A stretch of DNA of 64,000 nt from an uncultured Acidobacteriota bacterium (GCA_963805975.1 CAWDVR010000003.1:768001-832000); one strand, 5' to 3'. Positions 1-12,394 are shown, counted from the first letter of the stretch. The notes: generated by a model not told the origin, from the letters alone. Made by a program: numbers and translations.

Positions 1-127
1 CGAGGCCTTCCCAAAGACCCTCGCTCTTGGAAGCGGCGAACACGAGGACGTTTGGCTGGGCGATCAGGCGGCTGACCCGGCGATAGACAGCCGGCTGATC
101 GATGACGACGAGGATGCGGATCAGCAT
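1..127 (-). CDS. 5' end of a receiver-like protein running off the window; possibly a sigma-54-dependent (NtrC-family) regulator
   Basis: Read manually on the minus strand: MLIRILVVIDQPAVYRRVSRLIAQPNVLVFAASKSEGLWEGL. RILVV-D resembles the first strand of a receiver domain. Divergent from genes with -24/-12 promoters. Confidence 0.45.
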   Translation of the reverse strand, partial: MLIRILVVIDQPAVYRRVSRLIAQPNVLVFAASKSEGLWEGL

Positions 128-276
128 GCGAGGTCACTCTTCAAGTTTCGGAGATTGTGTATCCGATCGGTTCGGATTTCAAGGCTCCGAATCTTGTTTC
201 GGGGTAGTTTGCCGCTCAGCGGGTCGATGGACTAGCAAGTCTTTCATTTCAAAGGACTTGGTCCGTTGGCCCGGAG

Positions 277-293
277 CTGGCATCCGGTTTGCC
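277..293 (+). promoter_or_regulatory. Candidate sigma-54 (-24/-12) promoter for the lipoprotein/L,D-transpeptidase operon
   Basis: CTGGCATCCGGTTTGCC fits TGGCA...TTGC with exact GG-N10-GC spacing. Weaker GG-N10-GC matches start at 481 and 556. Confidence 0.5.
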
Positions 294-638
294 AAGGCAG
301 TGAATCGAAACCGGCGGGTATGAGCGAGTGTGTCGCTTGTCCGTACCGGTATCGAATGCGGTCCCTCCATGGGCAGAGGAGAACTCCACCATGGCTGGCA
401 AACCGAAGGCACCCGTTCCGGAGCGCAGGCTCGCGGTAACGCGGCCGGCAAGTGCGGGCGGTTCCACCGGCAAGCAGGCCGGCACTCCTGGTGCGATCAA
501 AGCACTGATCGCTCAAGGGCCGAAACGCTAGCCAGTAGAACCGACGCGAGGGTTGGGCACGGCGCAAGCGCCTACCCGGCCTCGAGCCAGGTCGCACGGG
601 GTGTCGGGACCGTGGTTTATTTGAGAGGAGATTGTAAA

Positions 639-1250
639 ATGCGCAGCAAGACGATCCTGATCGGCTCGGTGCTGCTCTCGTGCGTGTTGCTGGTCACGGG
701 TTGTGCCAAGCCACCGCAGGCGGAGCTCGATGGCCTCAAGGCTTCTGTCGCCGGTGCCGAGTCGGCGCAGGCCGAGACCTATTCACCTTCCGAGCTCGCT
801 ACCGCCCGCGACGCGCAAGCCGCGGCGCAGGCCGAGATCGATGCCCAGGCGAAGAAATTCGCCCTCTTCCGTTCCTACAAGAAGGCCAACGAGCTGATCA
901 CCGACGCCAACGCCAAGGCGAAGGCCGCCCAGGAAGCCGCGGTCGCCAACAAGGCCAAGGCCAAGACGGACGCCGATGCCGCCGTCGTCGCCGCCAAGGA
1001 CGCGGTGACCGCTCTCCAGACCGCTCTCACCGAGCTCGAGGCCTGCCCGCGCAAGCCGAAGGGCTTCTCCGAGGACCTCGCGGCGCTCAAGGCTCGCGCC
1101 GAGGGCCTGAGCTCGCAGGCTGCGCAGCTCGACTCCCAGATCTCTTCCGAGGACTACAACGGTGCGAAGTCGACGGCCGAGTCCGTGGCGAGCGGTGCGG
1201 CGACCTTGACCACCGACATCACGGGAGCCAAAGAAAAGATCAAATGCTAG
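639..1250 (+). CDS. Ala/Lys-rich helical lipoprotein (DUF4398-like)
   Basis: GAGGAG RBS, then MRSKTILIG...LLVTGC lipobox, then AKPPQAE and an Ala-rich coiled coil. Confidence 0.75.
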   Translation: MRSKTILIGSVLLSCVLLVTGCAKPPQAELDGLKASVAGAESAQAETYSPSELATARDAQAAAQAEIDAQAKKFALFRSYKKANELITDANAKAKAAQEAAVANKAKAKTDADAAVVAAKDAVTALQTALTELEACPRKPKGFSEDLAALKARAEGLSSQAAQLDSQISSEDYNGAKSTAESVASGAATLTTDITGAKEKIKC

Positions 1251-2407
1251 GAACCGGCTATCCAAAAGCCGTTACCGCGGCGTCCTTCCGGCGCCGCCCG
1301 CGTTTCCTTCTGCAACTCTCGCTGGGCGCCGCCTTCTTGGCGGCGTCCGTTTTCTCTTTTGGGGGCTGCTCGAAGGAGCCGGAGTTCGACGTGCCGGCCG
1401 CCCGCTCGGCGGCAAACCGCGTGCTGTCGACCCTCGGCACCGCGGAGCCCGAGCAGACAAAGCTCCTCAAGACCCTGATCGAGCTCGCCGAGCAGACCAC
1501 GGTTCGCGAACGCGCCGAGTGGTTCTGGCAGCGCGAGCCCGAGCTGATCGAGGGCTCCTGGGGACGCGTGGCGGCGACCTCGGTGGTGGCGCTCGAGCAG
1601 CTCAAGACACACAAAGAGGCCTCTCGCACCCGTTGGGTGGAAGCCGAAAAGAAAGCAACAGCGGCGCTGGCCAAAGCGCGCGAGGAGGTCAAGGCGCCCG
1701 GCCTGTCGCGGCGCGAGCACAGCCTCGTGCAGCAGGCCGCCGTGGTCCTCGACACCTCCCGGCGGCTCGCCGCCGCGGGCGAGGTCAGCCGTGCTACAGC
1801 ACTGGCGGGTCTCGCTCTGCAGAAGACCGCCGAGGTGCACACCGCCTGGGACCATCTGCACGCTCGTTTCGACGACCGGAGCACGCTCCGGCGCTGGATG
1901 GCGCTGGTCGAAGCGGAGATCGCCAGGACTGCCTCCAGCCAGTCGAACGCTTTCGTCGTCGACAAGCTGAACCGCCGGCTCTACGTCTATTCACGCGGTA
2001 GAAAAGTAGACTCTTTTCCCGTGGAGCTGGGAGCCAAGGGCCTGCGGGCCAAGCTCCACGCCGGTGACCGCGCGACGCCCGAGGGCCGCTACCGCGTCAC
2101 CGAGGTCCGTTCCCCCGGCCAGACCCGCTACTACAAGGCCCTGATGCTCGACTATCCCAACAGCGAGGATCGCGCCCGCTTTGCCGAGGCGCAGCGCCGG
2201 GGGCAGGTTCCGCGCGGCGTGGGCCCCGGGAGCCTGATCGAGATCCACGGCGACGGCGGCAAGGGCAAGGACTGGACCGATGGTTGCATCGCGCTCACCA
2301 ATGCGGCCATGGATCGGCTGTTCCGCTACGCCGCGATCGACACTCCGGTCGTCATCGTCGGCAAGGTGCCGGAGGTCAAGGCCAACCAGAGAGCGGAGGG
2401 AAGATGA
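1244..2407 (+). CDS. L,D-transpeptidase (YkuD family) with N-terminal helical region, probable lipoprotein
   Basis: VVDKLNRRLYVY, GDRATPEGRY and catalytic IEIHG...DWTDGCIAL. SFGGC is a possible lipobox. Start overlaps the upstream stop. Confidence 0.85.
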   Translation: MLGTGYPKAVTAASFRRRPRFLLQLSLGAAFLAASVFSFGGCSKEPEFDVPAARSAANRVLSTLGTAEPEQTKLLKTLIELAEQTTVRERAEWFWQREPELIEGSWGRVAATSVVALEQLKTHKEASRTRWVEAEKKATAALAKAREEVKAPGLSRREHSLVQQAAVVLDTSRRLAAAGEVSRATALAGLALQKTAEVHTAWDHLHARFDDRSTLRRWMALVEAEIARTASSQSNAFVVDKLNRRLYVYSRGRKVDSFPVELGAKGLRAKLHAGDRATPEGRYRVTEVRSPGQTRYYKALMLDYPNSEDRARFAEAQRRGQVPRGVGPGSLIEIHGDGGKGKDWTDGCIALTNAAMDRLFRYAAIDTPVVIVGKVPEVKANQRAEGR

Positions 2408-3120
2408 GCATGCACTCGGAAGCAGTCACCGTCTCCACCCTGGCTCCTCCTGTTGCCGAACCGGTCGCGGCTCCTCGGCGCCGGATCTGGCGCGGCCTGC
2501 TGCTGGTCTTCCTGGTCTTGGGTTTCCTGGCCGTGGGCGCCGTGGGTTACGTCGTTTCGCGCGGAGGGTGGTTCGACGTCGAGCCGCTGGTCGGCTCGGC
2601 TCCGACGCCCGACCCGAGCTCGAAGGAGGTCGTGCGGCAGGAGAAGCTGGGACGGAAGCTGGGCTCTCTCGCCCCCACCGGCGTCTACGTGACGGTCGAC
2701 ACCTACAACAACCGGGTGATCGTCTTCCAGGACGGGAAGCCGCTGCGCGAAGCCGTGTGCTCGACCGGCAGCGGCACCATCCTCAAGGATCCGGAAAAGG
2801 GCCGCGAATGGGTCTTCGACACTCCCCGCGGCGAGCGCAAGGTGCAGCGCAAAGTGAAGAACCCCATCTGGGTGAAGCCGGACTGGGCGTTCATCGAGGA
2901 GGGATTCCAGCCCCCTCCCAAGGACTCTCCGGACCGCTACGACGATTTCTCGCTCGGCGACTACGGCCTGTACCTCGGGGACGGCTACATCATGCACGGC
3001 ACGCTCTTCCAGACCCTCCTGGGCCAGCGCGTGACCCACGGCTGCATCCGCCTGGGAGACGCTGACCTCGAATGGATCTACAAGACAGTGCCGCTGGGAG
3101 CCCGGGTTTATCTCTTCTGA
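2404..3120 (+). CDS. Membrane-anchored L,D-transpeptidase (YkuD/ErfK family)
   Basis: N-terminal TM helix, CSTG, FDTPRG, NPIWVKPDW and IMHGT...THGCIRL. ATGA coupling to the upstream gene. Confidence 0.9.
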   Translation: MSMHSEAVTVSTLAPPVAEPVAAPRRRIWRGLLLVFLVLGFLAVGAVGYVVSRGGWFDVEPLVGSAPTPDPSSKEVVRQEKLGRKLGSLAPTGVYVTVDTYNNRVIVFQDGKPLREAVCSTGSGTILKDPEKGREWVFDTPRGERKVQRKVKNPIWVKPDWAFIEEGFQPPPKDSPDRYDDFSLGDYGLYLGDGYIMHGTLFQTLLGQRVTHGCIRLGDADLEWIYKTVPLGARVYLF

Positions 3121-3836
3121 TGCGGGCGAGGGTCCTGGTGCCGGGAGGCGCCCTGCTGCTCGCGTTGGCGACGATCGCCCTCGCAGCTCCGCTGGTGGCG
3201 GCCCCTCCATCGAAGGCGGCCAAAGGGCCCCCTCCGCCCAAGAGCTTCCTCGAGGCCGAGCTCGCGACGGCGCAGACCATCGACCTCTACCTCGTGCTGA
3301 GGCCTAAAGCCAAGGCTCTCGAGATCAGGGCACGCGGAGTTACGCTGGCGACGGTGCCGGTCGAGCAGGTGGCGCTGCTGCGCTACCGAGCGCCGCGCGG
3401 GACGAGCTCGGAGCCGGGACGCATGCCCTTCTTCTATTGGACGGTGGCGGAGGATCCCGAGGCAGCCCACCGCAAAGTGATTGCGCCCGCCGAGCTGCGA
3501 CCCTATTCCGAACAGGAGTCCGCGGAGGAAGAGCAGAGCACTCAGGTTCCGGTGGCCACCGCGCCTGCCGGTGCCGCAGAGCCGCTGCCCACTCCGCCTA
3601 CCGACTACAAGATCGCTCTGGATCTGGGCTGGCAGCTCTGGGTCACTGGCAAACTGCCGGACACCAGTCTCCTGGCCCGGCTCAAGTACGCGTTCGCCGA
3701 GGGCTGGGGACGGCTGCGCGGAAAGCAGCCCGACATCCAGGATCGCGTCGTGCTGGTCTTTCCGCCTGCAGAGGCGCAGCGCATGCACCACCTCTTCCGC
3801 GCAGGTACCCGGATCTACCTCGACCCCACCGGGTAA
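3120..3836 (+). CDS. Exported protein, probable catalytically inactive YkuD-fold homolog
   Basis: Signal peptide. LYLVLRPKAKALEIRARG and AQRMHHLFRAGTRIYL resemble YkuD domain ends. The protein has no Cys. TGATG coupling. Confidence 0.55.
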   Translation: MRARVLVPGGALLLALATIALAAPLVAAPPSKAAKGPPPPKSFLEAELATAQTIDLYLVLRPKAKALEIRARGVTLATVPVEQVALLRYRAPRGTSSEPGRMPFFYWTVAEDPEAAHRKVIAPAELRPYSEQESAEEEQSTQVPVATAPAGAAEPLPTPPTDYKIALDLGWQLWVTGKLPDTSLLARLKYAFAEGWGRLRGKQPDIQDRVVLVFPPAEAQRMHHLFRAGTRIYLDPTG

Positions 3837-3866
3837 CGCAGCCGAACCCCACCCACCGGTTTCACT

Positions 3867-4436
3867 TCAGCGCGCGATCCGAATCACGATCGCCGCCCCA
3901 AGCGCCAGGAGTCCGATCAGACCGATCAGACCTTGATTGCTGGCGGTCGCCGGAAGTGCCGTGCGCGAAGTCGGAGCGTTGGCGTCGTACGCCGGGGTTT
4001 CATAGGCTGGGGTTGGGGTCGCCACCTCGGGAGCAGGCGCCGGAGCCGGGACCATAGCCGTCGGAGGCGGCGTCACGGCTGCCGTGGGGGTCGTCGTCAC
4101 TGCCACGGGAGGCGTCGTCACCATAGGCTCAGCCTCTCCCTGGTAGCCGAGGATCTCGTCGGCGATCGCTCTACCCTTCTCGACGTGATAGTTGACCTTG
4201 ACGCGGCTTCCCGTGGTGCGGTTCTGGGCGCCGACCGTCGCGTCGACGAGAAACACAGTCATGGTCTGCCCCGCGTCGTCGCGAATCACGAGCTGATCGT
4301 TGGAACTCGAGACCACGATGCCGGTGGCAAAAGTCGAGCCGGGTGTCGATGCGTTTCCCATATCCTGCGGTGCCTGGGCAATCGCAGGACCGACGCTGAG
4401 CAGGGTCAGAACGGCGAGTACAGTCAGTCTTTTCAT
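3867..4436 (-). CDS. Exported protein with Pro/Thr linker and C-terminal LPxTA sortase-type sorting signal
   Basis: Signal peptide MKRLTVLAVLTLL, small beta domain, P/T/A-rich stalk, then LPATAS, a hydrophobic helix and basic tail RIAR. Confidence 0.75.
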   Translation of the reverse strand: MKRLTVLAVLTLLSVGPAIAQAPQDMGNASTPGSTFATGIVVSSSNDQLVIRDDAGQTMTVFLVDATVGAQNRTTGSRVKVNYHVEKGRAIADEILGYQGEAEPMVTTPPVAVTTTPTAAVTPPPTAMVPAPAPAPEVATPTPAYETPAYDANAPTSRTALPATASNQGLIGLIGLLALGAAIVIRIAR

Positions 4437-4571
4437 TTTGTTCTCCTCTTTCGTTGCAGCTCGGATCGAAGTCACCTTCGCCTCCGGAGCCTTGCGCACC
4501 GGAGCTCCCGACGACTCGATTGAGTTTCTTGAGTTGAGTCACGCGAGAGCAGCGTGACGGAAAGTAGTGAG

Positions 4572-4588
4572 AGCAAGGGAGATGCCAG
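4572..4588 (-). promoter_or_regulatory. Sigma-54 promoter of the LPxTA protein gene
   Basis: Minus strand reads CTGGCATCTCCCTTGCT, a near-consensus GG-N10-GC element. Confidence 0.7.
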
Positions 4589-4701
4589 TGCGGCGCCGCC
4601 CGAGTACCGGACACACCCCAAGTAAGAAGAGCCCCAGAGCGTCGCGCGCCTGGGGCTCGGATTACTTGTTTTGCCGCTAGTCAGCGGCGCGGTTGCAGTT
4701 T

Positions 4702-5226
4702 CTACCGGCCGTCGCCGTCGGCGTCGCCGGGCAGGGCCCGCTCGACCCGGTGCCAGGCGTCCCTGGTAGCGTCCTTCGCCTGGTGCCAAGCCAGGTTGGA
4801 GCCGGCCTTGGCGCGATCCCAGCCGCGCTCGAGATCGCTCTCGACCTCGTCCCAGCTTCTGTTCGGCTGAGCCGCGCGCGACTCCCACCCGTAGCGGTAG
4901 GCGCTCTGGTAATCACTGTAGGGACGACTGCGGTCGACGTAGTCGCTCTTGGTGTAGTTCTGCTGCCAGTAGGCCGCCTCGGCGGTGGGATTGATCGCTT
5001 CGCCGCCGGCATGGCCCGCCGCAGCCCCGGCGACCGCTCCAGCTACGCCGCCAACCACCGCTCCGACTGGCCCGCCCACCACTGCTCCGACTGCTGCACC
5101 CGCCACTCCTCCGCTCGTCGCTCCGACCGCGGTGCCGACCGGATGGGAACCCGGCGCGCCGGTGATGGGATCGCGATTGAAGTCCGTCGCTTTGGGATTG
5201 TTCTCCGTACCATATTTCGTCGTCAT
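4702..5226 (-). CDS. Glycine-zipper hydrophilic protein (general-stress-protein-like)
   Basis: RDPITGAPGSHPVGTAVG...GGPVGAVVGG glycine zipper, then AYRYGWES and AKDATRDAW. AGGAGG RBS. Confidence 0.75.
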   Translation of the reverse strand: MTTKYGTENNPKATDFNRDPITGAPGSHPVGTAVGATSGGVAGAAVGAVVGGPVGAVVGGVAGAVAGAAAGHAGGEAINPTAEAAYWQQNYTKSDYVDRSRPYSDYQSAYRYGWESRAAQPNRSWDEVESDLERGWDRAKAGSNLAWHQAKDATRDAWHRVERALPGDADGDGR

Positions 5227-5307
5227 CGAAGCCTCCTGGTTGTGGATTCCTGTTGAGTCACGCGTGGTATCGATTCGCGAGAGTGCAGCGTGACCACGAA
5301 CCCCAGG

Positions 5308-5324
5308 AGCAAGAGGGGTGCCAA
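5308..5324 (-). promoter_or_regulatory. Sigma-54 promoter of the glycine-zipper gene
   Basis: Minus strand reads TTGGCACCCCTCTTGCT, a near-consensus GG-N10-GC element. Confidence 0.7.
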
Positions 5325-5362
5325 GGCAGAGACAGAGAACCGGAGGCGAAGCGGTTCTCTGC

Positions 5363-7243
5363 CTAGAGCGCCACCTGCGTCCCCAGCTCCACGACACGGT
5401 TGGGGGGGATGCCGAAGTACTCCGTCGCCGAGCTGGCGTTTCTCGCCATCACCCCGAACAGCCGCTTCCTCCAGCGTGCCATGCGGCCACGGCCGGTGGG
5501 CAGGATGGTCTCGCGGCCGAAGTAGAAGCTGGTGCGGGCGAGATTGATGGAGTGGTCGCCGAGCTTGGTCTCGGCGAGCGACTGGGTGACGTTGGGGGCG
5601 CTCATGAAGCCGTGGCGCAGGACCATGCGGTAGAGGCCCGATCCCAGCTCTACGACCTCCACCCGCTGGTCGGGCGGAACGTCGGGCACCCGCTCCGCCA
5701 CGACCGACAACAGCACCACCTGTTGGTGCAGCACTTCGTTGTGCTTCAGGTGGTGCAGGAGCACGGGCGGCACACCCTTCTGCTCGCGGGTCATGAACAC
5801 CGCCGTGCCGGGCACCCGGGGCGGGTTGCGGTTCGCGACCTCGGCCAGGAAGGGCTCCATGTCGAGGATCGAATCGCGGAAGGTCTCCCGCAGGAGCAGG
5901 CGTCCCTTGCGCCAAGTGGACATCAGAACGTAGAGCACACCGCCCACCGCCAGCGGAACCCAGCCGCCGTGCACGATCTTGACGACATTGGCGCTGAGCA
6001 GCGCCAGCTCGATGATCAGAAAGCAGCCCGCCACCAGGCCGGCGCGGAGACGGCTCCACTGCCAGTGGGTACGGGCCACGAAGTAGAACAGGATCGTGGT
6101 CACCGCCATGCTGCCGGTCACCGACAGGCCGTAGGCCGCAGCCAGAGCGCTCGAGCTGCGGAAGGCGAGGACCAGCGTCACACACGTCAGCATCAGCAGC
6201 GTGTTGATCCGCGGGACGTAGATCTGGCCTTCGTAGCGGTCCGAGGTATGGACGATCTCGACCCGTGGGATGTACCCGAGGTTGACTAGTTGCTTGGTCA
6301 GAGAGAAGGAGGCGGAGATCAGGGCCTGGGAGGCGACGACGGTGGCGGCGGTGGCCAAAAGGACTAGAGGGAAGCGGCCCCACGACGGCGCCAGCTCGTA
6401 GAAGGGGTGGATGGCGTCGGCCGGGGTCTGGAGCAGGAGGGCTCCCTGGCCGAGATAGTTGAGCACCAGGGCCGGAAAGGCCACCGTGAACCACGAGAGC
6501 CGGATGGGGAGACGCCCGAAGTGCCCGAGATCCGCGTACAGCGCCTCGCCTCCGGTCACCGCCAGCACCACCGCGGAGAGGACCAGGAAGCCGGTCGGGC
6601 CGTTCTCGAGAAAGAACCGCAGGGCGTGGATGGGGTTCAGGGCGGCGAGGACGCGCGGCTCGGCGAGGATCCCTCGCACCCCGAGCAGGGCCAGGACCAC
6701 CATCCAGACCAGGATCACCGGGCCAAAGACGAAGCCGATCGATCCGGCGCCTCGCTTCTGCGCCGCGAAGAGGACGAGCAGAATGCCGACGGTCAGTGGG
6801 ACGACGAGCTGCGAGAGGCCCGGTGCCGCGATCGTCAAGCCCTCGACCGCCGAGAGCACGGAGATGGCCGGGGTGATCATGCCGTCGCCGTAGAGCAACG
6901 AAGCGCCCACCAACCCCAGGACGATGAAGGCCGCGCGCCGCCGGCCGGAGGCGCGGCTATCGGTCAGCAGGGTGAGCAGTGCCAGGATCCCGCCCTGACC
7001 TTGGTGGTCGGCCCGCAGCAGCAGGCCGAGGTATTTGACCACCACCAGCACCACGATGGTCCACAGCATGAGCGAGATGACGCCCAGGACGTTGACGTCG
7101 TTGATCGCAATGGCGAAGGGTCCGTAGAAGGCCTCCCGGACCGCGTAGAGGGGGCTGGTGCCGATATCGCCGTAGACGATGCCCAGGGCGCCCAGGGACA
7201 GCAGCGCCAGCTCGCGCCGCCCCCCGGTTCCAGAATGGCTCAT
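5363..7243 (-). CDS. kup: KUP/HAK/KT potassium transporter
   Basis: GIVYGDIGTSPLY, YGDGMITPAISVLSAVEG, EALYADLGHFG, GQIYVP and C-terminal VVELGTQV. Confidence 0.97.
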   Translation of the reverse strand: MSHSGTGGRRELALLSLGALGIVYGDIGTSPLYAVREAFYGPFAIAINDVNVLGVISLMLWTIVVLVVVKYLGLLLRADHQGQGGILALLTLLTDSRASGRRRAAFIVLGLVGASLLYGDGMITPAISVLSAVEGLTIAAPGLSQLVVPLTVGILLVLFAAQKRGAGSIGFVFGPVILVWMVVLALLGVRGILAEPRVLAALNPIHALRFFLENGPTGFLVLSAVVLAVTGGEALYADLGHFGRLPIRLSWFTVAFPALVLNYLGQGALLLQTPADAIHPFYELAPSWGRFPLVLLATAATVVASQALISASFSLTKQLVNLGYIPRVEIVHTSDRYEGQIYVPRINTLLMLTCVTLVLAFRSSSALAAAYGLSVTGSMAVTTILFYFVARTHWQWSRLRAGLVAGCFLIIELALLSANVVKIVHGGWVPLAVGGVLYVLMSTWRKGRLLLRETFRDSILDMEPFLAEVANRNPPRVPGTAVFMTREQKGVPPVLLHHLKHNEVLHQQVVLLSVVAERVPDVPPDQRVEVVELGSGLYRMVLRHGFMSAPNVTQSLAETKLGDHSINLARTSFYFGRETILPTGRGRMARWRKRLFGVMARNASSATEYFGIPPNRVVELGTQVAL

Positions 7244-7467
7244 CGAGGTCTCTTTCGTAGAGGCTGGATCGGTAGGTCCAAGGGGAATCACAGCCGCCGG
7301 CGGGCGAGCGCCCTTTACGGGCTGGGGCCAGATCGAGGCTTGAAAGATTACTCTAGCTCAAGTCGGGACCCGCCGGCAGGCGGCGGCACTCCCTTGGGTT
7401 GGGAGGCGCCGGAACAGTAGAATCCGCCCTCCAGACAACCGTCCCGCCGACCCGAGGGCCTCTCCTC

Positions 7468-8118
7468 TTGCTCCATGACCTGCTCGACCTGTTCCTGCAC
7501 CTCGACCGCCACCTCGCGGAGCTCATCGCCACCTATGGCGGCTGGACCTACCTGATCCTGTTTCTGATCGTCTTCTGCGAGACCGGCCTGGTGGTGACGC
7601 CCTTCCTGCCGGGCGACTCGCTGCTGTTCGCAGTCGGCGCCTTCGCGGCGCTCGGCATCCTCGATCTGACGCTGGCCTTCGTGCTGCTCCTGGCGGCGGC
7701 GGTCCTGGGCGACACCGTGAACTACTGGATCGGCCGGACCCTGGCGCCGCGGATCGTCTCGGGGAAGAAGCTTCGCCTGGTGAAGCAGGAGCACTTGGAC
7801 CGCACCCATGCCTTCTTCGAGCGCTACGGCGGCAAGACCATCGTCATCGCCCGCTTCGTGCCCATCGTGCGCACCTTCGCGCCCTTCGTCGCCGGCGTCG
7901 GCAGCATGAGCTATGGCCGCTTCATGAGCTACAACGTGGTGGGTGGCCTGATCTGGGTGACGAGCTGCCTCGCGGCGGGCTACTTCTTCGGCAACCTGCC
8001 CTGGGTGCGCGACAACTTCAGCGTCGTGGTGCTGGGGATCGTGGCGGTATCGCTGTTGCCGGCCGTGGTCGAGTACCTGCGCCACCGGCGGGAGAGCGCG
8101 AGAGACCGGAAGGTGTAG
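7468..8118 (+). CDS. dedA: DedA family membrane protein
   Basis: FCETGLVVTPFLPGDSLLF and ARFVPIVRTFAPFVAG. Start codon (TTG) uncertain. Confidence 0.93.
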   Translation: MLHDLLDLFLHLDRHLAELIATYGGWTYLILFLIVFCETGLVVTPFLPGDSLLFAVGAFAALGILDLTLAFVLLLAAAVLGDTVNYWIGRTLAPRIVSGKKLRLVKQEHLDRTHAFFERYGGKTIVIARFVPIVRTFAPFVAGVGSMSYGRFMSYNVVGGLIWVTSCLAAGYFFGNLPWVRDNFSVVVLGIVAVSLLPAVVEYLRHRRESARDRKV

Positions 8119-8142
8119 GGGCGCACGGCCGTGCGCCCCTAC
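8115..8142. repeat. Perfect 28-bp GTAG-type REP-like palindrome between convergent genes
   Basis: GTAGGGGCGCACGG/CCGTGCGCCCCTAC is its own reverse complement. Confidence 0.75.
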
Positions 8143-8161
8143 GAGGATGCGACCGGCTGCG

Positions 8162-10621
<2,460 letters not shown>

Positions 10622-10774
10622 AGTACCTCCAGGTTCGAAACAGGGGATGTGGACGGCAACACGAACCCCTCCCGGCCGCCGGCCGGAGGGCCCTCGCGGG
10701 CTCCCGGCCTCGGTCTGGAAGGGGCTGGAACTTGCGTAGTTTACGCGATCAGGCGGCGGGTGTCAGGCAGGGTG

Positions 10775-11185
10775 CTACCGGATGTCGTCGAAAACGAGGC
10801 CGATGTTCTCGGCGCCGTTCTTCTGCACCATGTCGAGGAACTCCGCGACCTTGCCGTACTCGAGCTCGCCGTCGGCGGCGAAGAAGGCGATCTTGGAGCT
10901 GCGCCCCTGCATGACCTCTTGCAACCGGAAAGGAAACTCGGAGGCCGGAATCAGATCCTTGTTGATGTAATAGCGCCCGTCGCGATCCATCCGCACGATG
11001 ATCTGGTCGGTATTGGGCAGCACCACCTGCGTCTCGAGCTTGGGCGGCAGGCGGGTCTCGTGGCCCACCTGCGTCAGCGGCGTGACCACCATGAAGATGA
11101 TGAGCAGCACCAGCACCACGTCGACCAGCGGCGTGATGTTGATGTCGGTCTTGTAGCCACCGCTTCCTCCTACGCTCATCGCCAT
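10775..11185 (-). CDS. exbD: ExbD/TolR family protein
   Basis: DINITPLVDVVLVLLIIFMV motif. AAGGAG RBS. Confidence 0.92.
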   Translation of the reverse strand: MAMSVGGSGGYKTDINITPLVDVVLVLLIIFMVVTPLTQVGHETRLPPKLETQVVLPNTDQIIVRMDRDGRYYINKDLIPASEFPFRLQEVMQGRSSKIAFFAADGELEYGKVAEFLDMVQKNGAENIGLVFDDIR

Positions 11186-11204
11186 GTCGATGTCTCCTTC
11201 GCGG

Positions 11205-11664
<460 letters not shown>

Positions 11665-11690
<26 letters not shown>

Positions 11691-12351
11691 CCTTCTTGAC
11701 GAAGAAGTCGACCAGCTCGGAGGAAGAGTTGGACATCTCGACGCCGAAGCGCTCCATCTTGCCCACGAAGTAGTTGAAGCCCCAGGCCGCCGGGATGGCC
11801 ACCAGGATGCCGATGGCCGTGGTCACCAGCGCCTCGGCGATACCCGCGGAGACGGCGCCGATACCAGCGGAGCCGGAGGCGGCCATGCCGCCGAAGGCCT
11901 TGATGATGCCGACCACGGTGCCGAACAGCCCGATGAAGGGCGCGGTGGTGGCGATCGTCGCCAGGTGCGAGGTGCCCTTCTTGAGGTCGGAGGCGGCGAT
12001 CAGGGTCTCGCGCTCGATGGCGCGCTGCGCTGCTTCGATCTTCTCGTCGGCCGACAGCGGAGCGGTCCGGTTGTCGAGCAGGTACTCGATCAGGCCGGCG
12101 CGGGTGACGCGGGCGATGTGGCTCCACTTGAACTTGGAGGCGGAGTCGGCGGCCTCCTGCAGCTTGTCCTGCTGCAGCTTCTGGGTGGCGAGCTTGGCGA
12201 ACTGCTGGGACTCTTTTCTGGCCTTGTTGAAGGCGAGCAGCCGCTCGATGGTGATGTAGAGCGACCAGATCGACAACAGGAGCAGGGTGATCACCACGAA
12301 CTTTCCGATGAATCCCATGTGCTCCCACAAGGCTCCCAAACTCATATCCAT
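11665..12351 (-). CDS. exbB: MotA/TolQ/ExbB proton channel protein
   Basis: [15 protein letters not shown] and [12 protein letters not shown]. Confidence 0.93.
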
Positions 12352-12394
12352 GGCAATCTCTCCTTTTGCGGCCGATGGTTGATTGCAGAAGATT

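Noticed and set aside
390-600. Possible c-di-GMP-I riboswitch (GGCAAACC)
   Set aside because: The downstream GNRA loop and GACGCAAA elements could not be placed. An Infernal search would be needed.
7350-7410. TAGCTCAAGTCGG resembling a tRNA D-arm
   Set aside because: No T-loop (GTTCRA) or acceptor stem follows.
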